From Lama guanicoe (lineage: Eukaryota): DNA of 64,000 nt. Below the pieces are notes generated by a model that worked only from the letters and a program-made list of their open reading frames with translations, was not told where the DNA came from and ran no database searches. This document shows positions 50,620 to 62,318 of this stretch, in pieces; within the stretch, counting starts at the first letter, position 1, and each line of letters starts with the position of its first letter. The stretch spans positions 372,001-436,000 of the forward strand of contig MU054001.1 in assembly GCA_013239625.1 (NCBI GenBank), read 5' to 3'. The position numbers and the translations under genes are program-made.

Positions 50620-51133
50620 TTGAAGCAGAATTTATCAATTCACCACCCCAGATTGGTTCTTCCATTTTGTTGACCAAATGGGTCCCAATTTGTTTCCAGG
50701 TTAGTTATGTTCTGTGCTAAAAAAGAAACAATGGCTTTCCCATACTTCTCTGAAGTTTGGGTTGTCCACACAGCCCTGGCCAATGAAACACAAGATGAGG
50801 GTTTCAGAGAAAATCTTTGTCAACATGATACATGCACCATCTCTTTCTCTTTCTTCCTTCCATGTTCCTCCTGCCTGGAATACGGATGTAAGTTACAGCA
50901 GCCATCTTGTGACTATGAGGTTACCAGCTTGAGGATGAAGACCACAGTACTAAGGATGGTGAGGCAGAAAGATGGATGTGGCTGAAGTCTCTAAGGTCAT
51001 TGTTTAGTCACTTACAGCTCTAGGCCACATAGTCATAGACTTTTTGTTATGGGGTAAAAATAAACTCACATCTGTTTAAGCCACTGTAGAAAGGTTGTCT
51101 GTTAATTACAGCTGAATACATCCCTTACTGATG
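50620..51133 (+). mobile_element. MaLR LTR (MLT1J-like)
   Basis: ctggccaatga...ctgcctggaatacggatgt...gcagccatcttgtgactatgagg...tgtttaagccactg. Confidence 0.8.
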
Positions 51134-51259
51134 AAACCTTATTCCAAAATCTCATCTCAAATTTATGCTTGCAAGGATGTAAAGATCACATGCCCAGCAC
51201 TGGCCACTATTCTATGTGGGTAAAGAGGAGCAATACGATGGTCAAGAGTACTGTGATGG

Positions 51260-51354
51260 GGTGGGTGGTGGGTATAACTCAGTGGTAAGGCACATGCTTA
51301 GAATGTAAGAGGTCCTGAGTTCAATGCCCAGTACCTCCATTAAAAAAAAAAAAA
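51260..51354 (+). mobile_element. Camelid tRNA-derived SINE (Vic-1 type), inserted in a MIR (about 51225-51500)
   Basis: gggtataactcagtggtaaggcacatgcttagaatgtaagaggtcctgagttcaatgcccagtacctccatt plus poly(A); Pol III A-box and B-box (gttcaatgc). Confidence 0.9.
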
Positions 51355-52519
51355 GAATAGAGTGTGCTGGTTCTTGAATCAGCTAGACTTGATTCAAATC
51401 CAGAAGCCAGCTTCTGCTTATTAGCTGTGACCTTAGCCAAGACTCTTTACAGGTCTTTGCCTTACCTGTAAAGTAGGGTGATAATAATAGTTACTCCATA
51501 GGTTGTTACGTTCTACGGTGAATACAGAAGCTCAGTCTTGCGGAGAATAAGAGGCCCTTGCCTGAGGATGGGTGAGCCACTTTACCTGGCCCAGGTGGGC
51601 TTGGGCATAGCTGAAGAAGTTCCAAGAAGTGAGTAGACACAAGTGACTAACTACCTTGGACAGCTCGAAACAGAGGGCACTGGGCAAGGAGCCCGGGGGC
51701 CCGGGGTTTGGTTGGTCGTAAGTGCACAACTTCCTGCAGTCCAAGGAAAAAACCCCTTGGTGTAGGTTCCGCCATGAATTATTTTCCTGGGTATCTGTCA
51801 TCTCACTGCACCTTCATTCTACAACCTTTGCTGGGCATCGCCAGGTCCCAGACACTGTACATTACTGTCTCATTTATTTTCTCATCACTCCTCTGAATGG
51901 GTATCGTTAACCCCATTTCACAGGGGAAGCAATGAGGCTCATAGAGTTTACCCATTCATCACCCTTTCTCATTCAAGTCTAGCAACAAATGACAAACGTT
52001 TCCCGAGAGCCTGCTATCCACCAGGCACTGTGCTAAGCCCTCTCTGCTTTAATTCTTAAAACAATATTATGAAACAGATACTATGACCCTTAATTTCCAG
52101 GCTCAAAAAATTTATTGATTTCATTCATTCTTTCAACAAATTGTGAAGTAGGCCAGCTGACCCTTACACCCAGGGGCAGAAGTGGCCAGAGCATAAGCCA
52201 GGCCAGCTGTCTCTCCGGGAGGCTGTCCATACATCCTCTTTCCTCATGGGGATGAGTTTTGGCCTATTGTCCCCTGGCTGCAGGCCTGAAGGTGGCAGGT
52301 TAGTGGGCAAGACTTCAGGCATCTTCCCAGACCCCTGCCCTGTGGCCTGGCTCTCAGCTTTGCAGCATTGGTGGCCCTACATTGCTTTATTCCAGCCTCT
52401 CATTGGCTTTCTAAGGGGAACCTCCTGTCCCCATTTTACTAATGAAGATGAAGGTAAGTCCCTTAGCCTATGCAGTCCGAAATCGCAGACCGAAGTGTGG
52501 GGAGCTTCTGGTCTCCCTC

Positions 52520-52870
52520 CCACATCTCTGTTAGGCTGGTGCATTCAACCCTCAGTGACTGTGACTGCTAATTGGCTGCTAATGGCTCACAGGTGCCCAT
52601 GGAATTACCCAATCTTCCTTGGCCAACAGTTAAGTCCCCTGACTGGGGAGGTTAAAGTCCCTAATTCCTGAGAACAACCAGCAGCCAAAGATGGACTGAC
52701 AGGAGGGGACCAAAGCCTGAACATCTTGCCTGAGGGTGGAACTGCCCTTGAGTTGTCATTCATGCTCCAGACCTCCCCTGGGGCTAGATTTCAGCTAAGC
52801 CCAAGTTCTTAAGTAGCTCTACTCTACGCTACTCCCCTTACTGTCTCTCTCCTGAGAAAAGTGAGCCACT
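52520..52870 (+). mobile_element. ERVL LTR (LTR16-like)
   Basis: ctaatggctcacag...cagccaaagatggactgacaggag...catgctccagacctcccctgg. Confidence 0.6.
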
Positions 52871-53129
52871 CAAGTTCCTGTACTGTGCCAAGCACAGTTC
52901 TAGTGACTTCACATGTACTAATTCATTTCCATCTCTCTACAGTCCTCTTCAGTGCAAAATATTATTCTCATTTTGCAGATGAGGAACCCAAGCCCTGAGA
53001 AGAGCTCTGAAAGGGAAGCAGTGGGGCTGGGATGCTACACCCCTGACTCTTGACTGGGGCTCCCTCTTTCTCCCCTCTCCCCATCCTCCTTCAAACAGAT
53101 GCAAAAAGGAAGGCAGATGCTTCTCAGGG

Positions 53130-53497
53130 GCAACTCTGAAATGTGGACAAAGAGATGTATTTGGATGATGACTAGCCATTTGTAACAGTAAGTCCTCCCA
53201 GAAGGTAGGAAGAAGGGGGAGGGGGAAAGATTAGGCACTGTGACCTTATATGTCTCCTTTAACCAAGAATGCACCAGCTTCCTCAGAACCCCTCCAGCAG
53301 ATTTCCATTTAGGTCTCATTGGCCAGAACTGGGTCCCCTATTCATCCCTAGCTGCAAGGGAAACTGGGAAAACAGAACAGGATTGTCACCAATCGTTTAC
53401 ATCCATCGTGTTGCATCACCAGAGACAGGATTCAGTTAAGCAAGGAAGAAGGGGAGGAAATGGATACTGAGTCATCAGCTCCTTGAACCTGTCACAC
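53130..53497 (-). mobile_element. MaLR LTR (MLT1J/K-like)
   Basis: ccagcagatttcc...tctcattggccagaactgggtc...ctagctgcaagggaaactgggaaa. Confidence 0.7.
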
Positions 53498-54099
53498 ATT
53501 CATTTGTTTAAAATCTATTCCAAAAATCTTGGTTGGCCACCTGCTCCATGCACTATGTTAGCTGCTTTCTAGTGTCTCAGGCCATCCTGACTTCTACCCA
53601 ACAGGGCCCTGAAACTTTCCTCCCCAAGGTGACCAGGAACCAAGGTAGACAAATCCCTGAGACACCTTCCAGGGATCTTCCTCAAGCTCTTGGCCTCTTA
53701 GATGCTTCTGCCAAGGCAAGGTCATCTCTCTTCTGTGGGGTTCCAAGGAGCAAATCCCAGGGCTCCAGAGTCAGACATGGAAATCGTATGCCCACCTGTG
53801 GAGGTGGTCTCCCCAGCCACTCCATCCAGAGAAGGGATGATGAAGAGCCAGAAGCCCGAACCACCAGCCATGTCCCTGCCTGGTTCCCTGGAGGGCAGCT
53901 GCGACGGGTCTTTCCCATCATTTCTGATGCCTGAACCAAGTTCTTGTTCAGAACGTATATAAAGTTATTTGGGCCAAATTTCCATGTTAACTGTTCAGAT
54001 CAGAAATGCTCAATGTCAGTTAAATTTGGTTGGATCATAAGACAATACAGTCAAGATCAAGAACATGTGGCCTGATTTGATTTCACCCAGAGAAGAAAT

Positions 54100-54400
54100 G
54101 CCTTTTCCCTTCTGCTCAGCTATAACATTATACATATAAAGATACATGCGCTTGCTCTCTGCCAGAAATGTCAACTGCTTTTGATCTCTCCCTTTAGATA
54201 TTAAAGTTTCCTCTGCTTGGCAGGCCCCTTAAGGGCTTTCAAACCAATAAACAAGCCTGGAGCTGCTGAGAGGGTGAAAGCTGTTTGCCTTTTTTGAGCT
54301 GGAGCCCCGTGGCCCGAAGGTCGTGTTTAATCAGCCTCAAGGTTTTGGTTAACATTGACTTGGAGTTTAAAATAGCATTTCAATAACCTCAGCCCCTTCC
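54100..54400. promoter_or_regulatory. Candidate conserved non-coding element
   Basis: Repeat-free; tgtcaa, cttttgatc, ccaataaaca, tttaatca, gttaacattgac motifs. Confidence 0.35.
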
Positions 54401-56349
54401 TGCTCCCCCATCAGCCATGGGAGGAGGGAGACAAGAGGCCCATGGGTTTGGGAGTCTGTGTGTTTGTTGTTAAGGACCTGAAGCAAATGAGCTGTGTTTG
54501 GCTAGTGGCCATGGCGCAGAGCTGCCCTCCTGGTCTTGGGGAGGGGTTTGGCCCAAATGCCAGGACCTGGTCCTGAGTAAGTGCTCGCAATAATAGATTT
54601 ATTGTAGCAGATGCCAGCTGGAGATTGGAGTTGCATTTCTTTCTTCTCTTCTCAGACTCTAAAGATAGCCAATGCTCTTTAGAAGAGGGCAAGGGGCCAC
54701 CCTTGTGTATTTCTCAGTGATGCCCACAGTATCTGGTGGAGGGTGAGAGCAGGACGTTACAATCCTACCTACGAGCTGACTGCAAATTCACCCAAGACTG
54801 AAGATGGTATAAAGCACTTGCTATTCCTTCCCTGAGACGGGTCTTGTGTACCACACAAAGTCTCCTGAGATGGGGATTGGCTGCTTCTACTTGCTCTGGT
54901 TCTCCTCCCCTTGACCTTCCCCTACCTCTTCCCCACCTACCCGGGAGGATCCTGGTCCTCCTTGGTGGCATGATTCCTCACCGACTCCTTGGAACCTGGT
55001 GTCATCTAAGACCATTTTGGTTCATCTTATAGAATCTGCCTGTTAAAGCATTCTTTCCATGCATTACTATACTTAGAATTATCCTCCTTATCTGGCCCAT
55101 TATCGGGGCATCTCCATTTTTCACAGAGGTAGAAACCAATGCTCAGATACACTAAGAGTTGCGTGCAGGCTTCAAGTTGGTAAGGGACAGAGGGAATCCT
55201 GACCCGTGGTCTTCTATTTCTTCGCTCAAGTCCCTGGGCCTCTCCCATCTCAGTGGTCTGTGTTTCTTCCTTTGCCTCCTTCCAGAAACTTTGGGGCTCA
55301 AGCCTTCCTGTCCAGAAGAGAGACCCCAAATTCATTCCCCAGTGAAACCTGGGGACTCGCTGTGCTGCTCTGACCACGTGGGAAGAGAGTGATTTTTCAC
55401 CCAAAAAATGTCACAGTGTATAACTCAAAGGCATGGACTGTGAAGACTGCAGATGGCTTGAAGGCCAAAAGGGCGGCAGAGAGAACTTTCAGGGGCGAAC
55501 AGGGAGACTCACTGCTGCTCCCAAACCACAGCTCACCTCTCTTGTTCTCCCCTCAACCTGGACTGAGGCTCTAAGGTGTTTCCTTTGCTTCTGAACCTGC
55601 TCTCTTTCCTGACTCTCGGTCAATTCCAAAATGTTTTCTTGAAATATTTCAGTGACTCTATCTGAGATGAGGGACAGGCCTCTGGGACTTAGTGTCCTGA
55701 ATGATCGTGTTGTTTGAGGCCATACCATGGGCTTTCCAAAGGACCTGGGTGGAGGAATTCACTAGAAATCCCGGGAAGGGAAGCCCCTGCCCCTGGCTCT
55801 CACCCGCTGAGCAAGCCCCATCCGAGTCCAGGCAGGCGTGAGCTTCCGTGCCCAAGTGGAAGGGGGCTAGTAATATTCCCTCTGAGCTTCTGCAAACAGA
55901 TGTCTCCCAAAGCCTGTGGATTACTTGCCTGGCAGGCACAACCTGCTAATTAAGTTTTACTATTTACCTCTGGAAAGAGAAGGGGCTTCCTGGGCTCTGG
56001 AGAGGGCCCAACCCCTCCCCTCTCTCCTTTTCACCCTCCACCCCAATCAGGCTTGGAAACCCCTCTGGCTCCAGAAGGAGGGGGTAAATCTTTGGGATCT
56101 GGAGATGGGCAGAAATTGCATAAGCCCATGTTCACCCCACCACCCTCCCCTCCAGAGGCTGCCCCTAAGGGTAAAAAGCAATACTAGAGGGCAGAGGGTG
56201 AGAGGATGAAGCAGTTCAGCCAAAGCTAATTAGCTCCTTCTTGCTACTTGACCTTGATCTCTCTGAAGGTCATTTTCCTCATTTGTAAAGTGGAGGAAAT
56301 AATCATATCTACCTGTGAGGATCGTTAGGAGGATTAGAGGAGAGAGTGT

Positions 56350-57042
56350 TTGTGTGGGAGCATTTGCTGGATGCTTACCCAATGCCCATTTCTCCCTTCC
56401 TTGTTACCTCCAGGCCTACAAGTCTTTATTTAGGCAGCAAAATGCCCAGATAAAAGACTGTACTTCCTGGCCTTCCTTACAGCTAGGGATAGGAGATAGG
56501 AATGGATGTTATTGGTGGTGGTGGTGGAGTTTCCAGGAACATTAAGGGGTCTGCCTTAACTGAGAGAAAAGCCTATTGCCCTTCCCTCCCTGCTTCATTC
56601 TCCTTGCATGGAATGCAGACTTGATGGCTGGAGCTCCAGCAGCCATTCTGGAGTATAAAATGCTCTTGAGACTAAATCCATTGCCGAAGATGGTGCAACA
56701 AAAAAATGGAAATGTCACACAGGCTCTGGACTCTCTGTTTCTGGATTTTTTTCTAGGGAATGGAGAATTAACCTCTATTTTTGTTTAAGTCAGTGATTCT
56801 CAAACTCTAGCCTGCATTCAAATTACTTGGATAGCTGTCTAAAGCAAAGATAGCTAGGTTCCAGTCCCAAGAGTTTTTGATTCAGTAGGCCTGGGGTAAG
56901 GACTTGGAATTTTGTTCCTAACATGTTGCCAGGTGATGCTGATGGTGCTCATAAAGGTACCACACTTTGAGAGCCACTGGTTCAAGCCACCATCAATCAG
57001 GTTTTCTATTTTATGAAGCAGAACCCAATCCTAACTTACATA
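56350..57042 (+). mobile_element. MLT1J-like LTR split by MER5A
   Basis: tggaatgcagacttgatggctggagctccagcagccatt...tgtttaag | MER5 | gttcaagccac. Confidence 0.75.
56791..56979 (+). mobile_element. MER5A (hAT-Charlie) with imperfect 8-bp TSD
   Basis: cagtgattctcaaact...tgattcagtaggcctgggg...caggtgatgctgatg...ccacactttgagagccactg; TSD gtttaagt/gttcaagc. Confidence 0.9.
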
Positions 57043-57394
57043 GCAGAGTAAGTACTTCACCCTCAATAAATGTGGTTAAATTTTTGTACAGAGATGAAGT
57101 GATACTGAAGGGGCTACCTGTTCCCCTCCTGGGGCCCCACCATGGGATTAGATCAGAAGCTCAAGGGGCTGGGAGGACAAAGCTGCCACAATGGCTGGCC
57201 TGCCCCTGCCATTGAAGGGCAGCCTTGACCTCAAGAACCCCAATGAGACTGGAGAGTCCCAAGGCCTTTGTGTCAGGAGAGGCTGAGGTCCCACTTTGCA
57301 CAGACCTATCATATAGACATCTCTTATTCCTCTGAGTTTCCCAGAAACTAAACAATACGAAAATACATAATGAGAAGATTTTTTTTAGAGCAGG

Positions 57395-57560
57395 GACCAC
57401 ATGTAGAGCCAAGTGCTCTGCAGGCATTATCTCACTTAATCCTCATGACCCATTTCCCAGATGAGGAAACTGATGCTAACAAAGGATAAATAATTTGTCC
57501 GTAGTCACAAAACACTAATGAGTGATGGAGCTGGATTTGAACTGGAAAAGCTACATCCCA
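57395..57560 (-). mobile_element. MIR SINE
   Basis: cattatctcacttaatcctca...cagatgaggaaactga...gagctggatttgaac. Confidence 0.8.
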
Positions 57561-57839
57561 AACGGCTATTTAAAGCTGGAGTTACGCTGCCCTGGCATTG
57601 GGCTATGCTCAACTGTATTCCCAGAAATAAGAAAGCAAGAAGGCTTTGGGGCAGCTTTGAGTGAGGATGGGGACAGAGTCTGGGGCCACCCTCCCACCTT
57701 TGTGTCTATGGACCCTTACTAAAGACTGAACAGCCAGCCCTGAGAGGTTGAGGGGAGGCAGCACCTCCTCTGGGTAGGTGGGCTGTGTTGACGGATAGGA
57801 AGCCATGCCTTTCCTGAGGTGAGGGGGTCAGTGGCCCCG

Positions 57840-58130
57840 CGCTGCCAGCTGTTTCAGTAAAATATGAAGTTCGGAAACTCCAGGCAATCTTCTCTCTCCA
57901 CTGAGTGATGACCCTGTAATTGGCTCTCAAGCTAGCTTGATTTATCAACTCCAACCTGGGCAGCTGGAAAAGGATGAATTAGCTCCTGGGGCTGCTGATG
58001 AGAGCAGGGTCCCTGGGAGCAGGGATGCCATGGGCGTGGGGGCCGTTTGTCACCACCAGGCCCTACTTAATTGTGGGAAGATGAAGTGAGGAGGTGTCAA
58101 ATCGCACTGTATAAATCACAGTCTTTTGTA
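57840..58130. promoter_or_regulatory. Candidate conserved non-coding element
   Basis: TAATTGG, palindrome tcaagctagcttga 57927-57940 overlapping TGATTTAT 57938-57945, TGTCA 58095-58099, ATAAATCA 58111-58118. Confidence 0.45.
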
Positions 58131-58389
58131 GCACAACCTGGGGCTGAGTCGGCCAGGAGGATGCTCTATTTGAAGGGGAGCCCCTGGGCACAGACCTGCA
58201 TCACTACCCCTTCACCAAAGAAGCAGCTTGGACACAGGGAGGGACTGGAGAGCTAAGTAGCTAAGTGGTGTTTCAGCTTCAGGGGAACCTTGTATACTTT
58301 GCAGTCAGTGTCCTGAGTTCAAATGCTGGTTCTGCCATTTACCAGATGAAAGACAGTGGCTAAGTCAGGTAACTTCCTCTTGTTGGACA

Positions 58390-59200
58390 TCATGGTTAAG
58401 AGCTTTGAGTCTGGATTTGAATCTGGGCCCTGCCCCTTACTGGCTCTGTGGCCTTGGGTAAGTTACTTAACCTCTCTGTGCCTCAGTTGCCTCATCAGTA
58501 AAATGGGGATAATAATAGTCCTTACCTTATGGGACTGTATTTGTTTACTAGAGCTGAGATGACAAACTGCCACAAGCCAGGTGGCTTAAAACAACAGACA
58601 TTGATTCATGTGGAGGCTAGAAGTCCAAATTCAAGGTGTGGGCAGGGCCATGTTCCCTCCGAAGGCCCTTGGGGAGAGTCCTTTCTTGCCTCTTTCACCT
58701 TCTGGTGGCTCCAGAGTCCCTTAGCTTGTTGCTGTGACACTCCAATCCCTGCCTTTGTTTTCACACAGCTGCCTCCTCTTCTCTGTCTTTCCCTCTTCTG
58801 TCTCTTATAAGGACACTTGCCATTGGGTGTAGGGCCCACCCAGTTAATCCAGAGGATTGCAACTCAAATCCTGTAACTTAATTACATTTGCCTGGACCTA
58901 TTTTCCAACTAGCTCACGTCCAGTATATACATGTATAACTGAATCACTTTGCAGTACACAAGAAATCAACAAAGCATTGTAAATTGACTATACTTTAATT
59001 TTAAAAAAAGGTAAAAAAAAAAAAAAAGAAAGGAAAAAGGGTCACATCCCCAAATTCCAGATGTTAGGACTTGGGCCTGTCTTTTTGGAGGCCACCATTC
59101 AATCCACCACAAGGGCTGGGGTGAGAATGAGTGAATTAAAATATCTGTAAAGTTCTAAGAAGAGGGCCTGGCACACAGTAAAGACTATACAAGTATCCAA
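58390..59200 (+). mobile_element. MIR containing an MLT1C-like LTR (about 58537-59111, minus), itself containing a young L1 3' end with poly(A) (about 58924-59038)
   Basis: MIR core ctctgtgcctcagttgcctcatcagtaaaatgggg; LTR ggtggcttaaaacaacag...cttataaggacac; L1 tail tataactgaatcactttgc...ttgtaaattgactatact followed by an A tract. Confidence 0.85.
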
Positions 59201-59204
59201 TACA

Positions 59205-59500
59205 TGAATGTGTGTATATATAAAATTATGTATCTTATATGTGTAAGATTATCTATATTACATAATGTATATTATATATAAGTATATAATACATATTTAT
59301 TTGTATACTTAATATATGCAATATATTAATATATACATTACAGTGTTATATATTAGTAATATTAATAATCTATATTAATATTAGTAATATAGTAGTTATA
59401 CAATAACATAATATTAACATTACAATATATCATAATATATTCTATATTATGCAATATTAACCTATATACATTAGCACATATAATCAATCTACATGTATGA
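59205..59500. repeat. AT-rich (TA)n low-complexity tract
   Basis: Overwhelmingly A/T with degenerate TA repeats. Confidence 0.9.
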
Positions 59501-59669
59501 ACAGAAAGTAATGGTACATATTTTGCAGTGAGTCAGGCTGTTGGAAGGATTAGAGCTGATGATGAGGACACAGCAGCTGTCATTGTGCTGAGGATGCAGC
59601 AGATACTCAGTCAATGGGAGCTTTCCTTACTATGATATCATGCCAGATCCAGGGGTGGGATGGTCAATC

Positions 59670-59850
59670 ACTCACCTATTCCACAGATATTTATTGAACA
59701 TCTATTATGTGCCAGTTGCTTATTAGGCACTGGGGAGACAGAAAGGGGTTAAAAATAGAGTCTCTTGCCTGCATGGAACTTATACTGCAGTGGGGAGAAC
59801 AGATGAATAAGAAAATAAATGTACATATGATGTCATGTCAGCCAGTGATA
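59670..59850 (-). mobile_element. L2 LINE 3' end
   Basis: atatttattgaacatctattatgtgccag...ctgcatggaacttatactgcagtgggg. Confidence 0.75.
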
Positions 59851-60962
59851 AGGAGAAAGGAAAGGACAATAACAATTACAACTGTAACCCCAAATCAAAG
59901 TATGTCCAGATAGAGCATGGGGAGACAGATGTGAACCGATAATCCCAGCCTAACCTCTTAAGGTCTGCAAGTGAGGAGAGGAGGGTGGGGCTGACAGGGC
60001 AATCCAGGTGGCCTTCTGGGTGGAGGGGAAGAGGTGAGCCTTGAGGTATGAGGAGGGGCCCACCAACCAGAGGCGAGTGGAGAGGAGGAAGGCACCTTGG
60101 CAGGTGGAATGGCAGGAGCAAAGGTGTGCTGGCCCAGTGGGGCTTGGCGTTCAGGGTCAAGGCCTGCAAGCAGCTTGGCCTGGGTGGGGTGTGGGCAGTG
60201 GAGGGGTGTGGGTTGGCCATGCTGCAGAGGGCGCTGGGGACCAGTGAAGGCTCCGAGTCTCAGCTTGTTGCCTACAGGGTGCTGAGTTGCCCTGGTCTGA
60301 TGAGGAACATTCCTGAACCTTTGCGCTCTGCTTGAAACTAAAGTTCTGAGAAGATGGGGATGAACAGATGGGGGACATGGAGCAGGGGAGACAGGCAGAG
60401 TGTTGGACTATATGGAATGAGATAAACAACATACCTAACATTTATCTCGTATCAGGCGCCAGACACCAGGTTTAGAATTGTATTCGCATTCTCAGATTTA
60501 ATCCTCACATCTGTAAGGAAACAAGGTTCAGAGGGGTGCAGTAACCCACCAGAGGTCACACAGCCAGGAAGTTATTTCCCTAGTCAAAGCCCTCTCCTTC
60601 CTATGGTCTGGAAGGTCCTGTGTCTGGCCCCAACCTACATCCTTGACCTTGTCCTTTTCCCTCTCCCTCAGGACCCTGTTCCTGCCACAAGGTCCGGTTC
60701 ACCCTTCCCCTAGGGCTGTTACACTTGGTGTTTCCACTTTCTCTGCTGAGTAATTCTTATCCCGAATGCTTCAGCCTGGATGTCACCTCCTCCGAGAGTG
60801 GTCTGAGCCACATCCTCAGGCCGCCAGGGATTCTGGCTACATTGTGGGTGGCAGACGGTTCTGGATCAAACTAGCAGCATCTCATCCCAAATGCCACCTC
60901 ACCACTCAGCTTTTCTCTTGCTGGCTTTGTCCAGAACCTTGGCAGATGCTCAATGTGTGTAT

Positions 60963-61335
60963 TGTGGGGAGTAGAGGGGAGAGGGGAGGTTCAGGTGAGG
61001 TAATGCCCCACTCAAGCAATGAGGGACAAGCAATGAGGGACAGGTGGAAGTCGAGAGATAAATGTCACAACTTCCTAACTTTCAGAGGGACAATTCTGAG
61101 TCATGTCCTGTTCAGCATCTCAGAAGGTCCCCAGGGGAACTGGGCCCCTGTGATCGCCAGAGTAACCCACTCACTGAAACAACTGCACCCCAGTTTTCTT
61201 TTCTTTACTCTTCTCCCTTCTCTGTCTCAATTTTCTTGATCCCTCTCTGCTTCCTGAGATCAACTTCTAGATCAACCTACCCGTACCCAAATCCTTGTCT
61301 CAGGCTCTGCATTCAAGGAACCTGGAACTAAGACA
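60963..61335 (+). mobile_element. ERVL solo LTR (LTR16A-like) with internal 14-bp tandem duplication
   Basis: gggacaattctgag...cccaaatccttgtctcaggctctgc...aactaagaca; caagcaatgaggga x2 at 61013-61040. Confidence 0.75.
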
Positions 61336-61411
61336 CGCACCTTCCCCAGAGGGTTGTGTTTATTTTGCTCAAATCACTTACCATGATCTGTAACTGTTTT
61401 GCTTGCTGGTT

Positions 61412-61949
61412 TTGGTAGGTAGCCTCCAAGATGGTCCCAATGTTCCCCACCTCCTTATATTCACACTCTTATGCAGCCTGCTCCCTGACATGGTGTCAGA
61501 GTTGTTGGGTGTGACTAACAGAATTCTGGGGAGGTGATGGTCTGTGATGTCTGAGGTTCAGTCAAAAGACAATACACTTCCACTTTGATGACTCGAACCA
61601 CTCTGGGGAAGCCAGCCACCATGTTGTTAAGGACACTCAAGCAGCCCAACAGAGAGATCCACGCAGTGAGTAACTGAGGCCTCCTGCCCACAGCTCACAT
61701 CAACCAGCCAGCCCTGTGAGTCAGTCGTATTGGAAGGAGATCCTCCAGCCCTAGGAGAGCCTTCAGATGACCACAGTCCTTTCTGCCATGTGACTACAAC
61801 CTCCAGAGAGACCTTGAGCCATAATCACCCAGCTAAGCCACTCCTAAATTCCTGACCCACAAAATGGTACCCAAGAATAAATGACTGTGATTGTTTTAAG
61901 TCATTACATTTGGGGTTAATTTGTTATTCGGCAATATATAATTAATACA
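61412..61949 (+). mobile_element. MaLR solo LTR (MLT1G-like)
   Basis: gcctccaagatgg...ctggggaagccagccaccatgttg...gccttcagatgacc...cccagctaagcc...ttgttattcggcaata...taataca. Confidence 0.85.
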
Positions 61950-62169
61950 TTTACTTAACTGCATTTATTTCACAAATATTTATTTGTGCTTCAGGTGCTT
62001 ATACTATAAGACTGATCACGGCAGACAGATGCAAACACTTACAAAATTACAGCTGTGCTAGCTGCTGTGAAGAAGAGGACCAGGTGCTCTGGAGAGTGCA
62101 ATGGGAGGAGCAGACTTTGTCCAGGAGGAGGCAGGGCAGGGAGGGGTCAACTCCAAAGGGAAGGGGAGG

Positions 62170-62318
62170 GGACGGACTTTAGGGGAAGATGAATCTCTTC
62201 CCTACTTTGACTGTAATAGCTACACAACTGTGTTTGTCAAACTAGCAGAATTGTACACTACAAGGATGCCTTTTACTGAATGTAAATTATAATTTAATTT
62301 AAAACTGAAAAGAAAAAT
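62170..62318 (+). mobile_element. Old L1 3' terminus (L1MC/ME-like)
   Basis: tttgtcaaact...agaattgtacacta...ttttactgaatgtaaattata. Confidence 0.7.

Noticed and set aside
51260..51354. tRNA gene-like sequence
   Set aside because: Has a poly(A) tail, degenerate stems and a second diverged copy at 20293-20400, so it is a SINE rather than a tRNA
58606..58839. ORF with ATG inside the MLT1C LTR (similar ORFs at 23092-23362 and 34383-34634)
   Set aside because: Recurrent spurious frames of MaLR LTR sequence
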